Below are positions 63,405 to 64,000 of a stretch of 64,000 nt of DNA, piece after piece (the first letter of the stretch is position 1; every line of letters starts with the position of its first letter). The notes beneath the pieces were generated by a model, which was not told the origin of the DNA, made no database searches, and saw only the letters and a program-made list of their open reading frames with translations. This DNA is from Trueperaceae bacterium (GTDB lineage Bacteria; Deinococcota; Deinococci; Deinococcales; Trueperaceae): positions 3,840,001 to 3,904,000 of the forward strand of contig CBDCDZ010000004.1 in the NCBI GenBank assembly GCA_965215565.1, given 5' to 3'. The position numbers and the translations under genes were made by a program.

Positions 63405-64000
63405 GCCGCACATTGGTTCACGAAACCTGGGGCGACCACGCGGCGCTCTTAGCCCGGACGCAGATGGGCGCGGGGGGTGTGGGCACGGTCACGCCGCAAG
63501 TCGTGGACGTGGCGACGCCCGGTAAGCCGCTCGTGCTCGAGTACGGCGGCACCTTGAAGCACGTCGCTGTCACCTTTGAGACGTACGGCGAGCTTAACGC
63601 CGCAGGCGACAACGCCATCCTCATTTGCCACGCGCTCACGGGCTCGGCGCACGCGGCGGGCGTGCAAACACAGGAGCGGCGGGCGCAAGTCCCCGGCTGG
63701 TGGGACCCCTTGATCGGACCCGGCAAGCCGATCGACACATCTGAGCACTTCGTGGTCTGCTCGAACGTCTTAGGCGGCTGCTACGGCACGACGGGACCGA
63801 GCAGCTTAGACCCCGAGACGGGGCATCCTTACCGCCTGGATTTTCCGCGCTACACCGTGCGCGACATGGTGGAGGTGCAGAGGCGTCTCATGGACGCGCT
63901 GGGTGTCACGTCGCTTAGAGCGGTCATCGGCGGCAGCATGGGCGGGATGCAGACCTTGGAGTGGGCGGCGCTCTACCCCGAGCGGGTGAGGAGCATCGTC
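63401..64000 (+). CDS. metX: Homoserine O-acetyltransferase (partial, runs off the window end)
   Basis: Manual translation from ATG 63401: NAILICHALTGSAH, GWWDPLIGPGK, SNVLGGCYGTTGP, IGGSMGGMQ. Confidence 0.93.

Overview
A GC-rich bacterial chromosomal segment, most likely Deinococcota (Trueperaceae-like). This is inferred from the RecA type, the csaB-DUF5693 pair, the efp-accB-accC-yqhY-nusB-folD order, and pervasive -10 boxes 6 nt before start codons. Housekeeping content: ligA (partial), recA, secA, pyrF, folD, nusB, accBC, efp, ctpA, pepF, maf, a UbiD-family (MqnL-like) decarboxylase, tRNA-Leu(TAG) and tRNA-His(GTG). Other content: envelope/polysaccharide genes (csaB, an interrupted rmlADCB cluster, two carbohydrate-active lipoproteins, an OafA-like acyltransferase), a double zinc-uptake locus (zrgABCD-like plus znuACB around a Fur-family gene and a frameshifted YibE/F gene), a peptide ABC transporter, a vapBC pair, and a SAM-I riboswitch ahead of tandem metY paralogues and metX. 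No transposase, integrase, cas gene or prophage was seen. The most unusual signals are non-coding: (1) a dispersed ~110-bp repeat family with at least 9 copies, co-varying terminal inverted repeats, a near-perfect XerD-type arm and inserted hairpin modules; (2) strong over-representation of CTCGAG; (3) a motif-punctuated hairpin array behind tRNA-His; (4) a second large structured domain in the SAM-riboswitch leader. All family calls come from motif recognition by eye; no searches were run.
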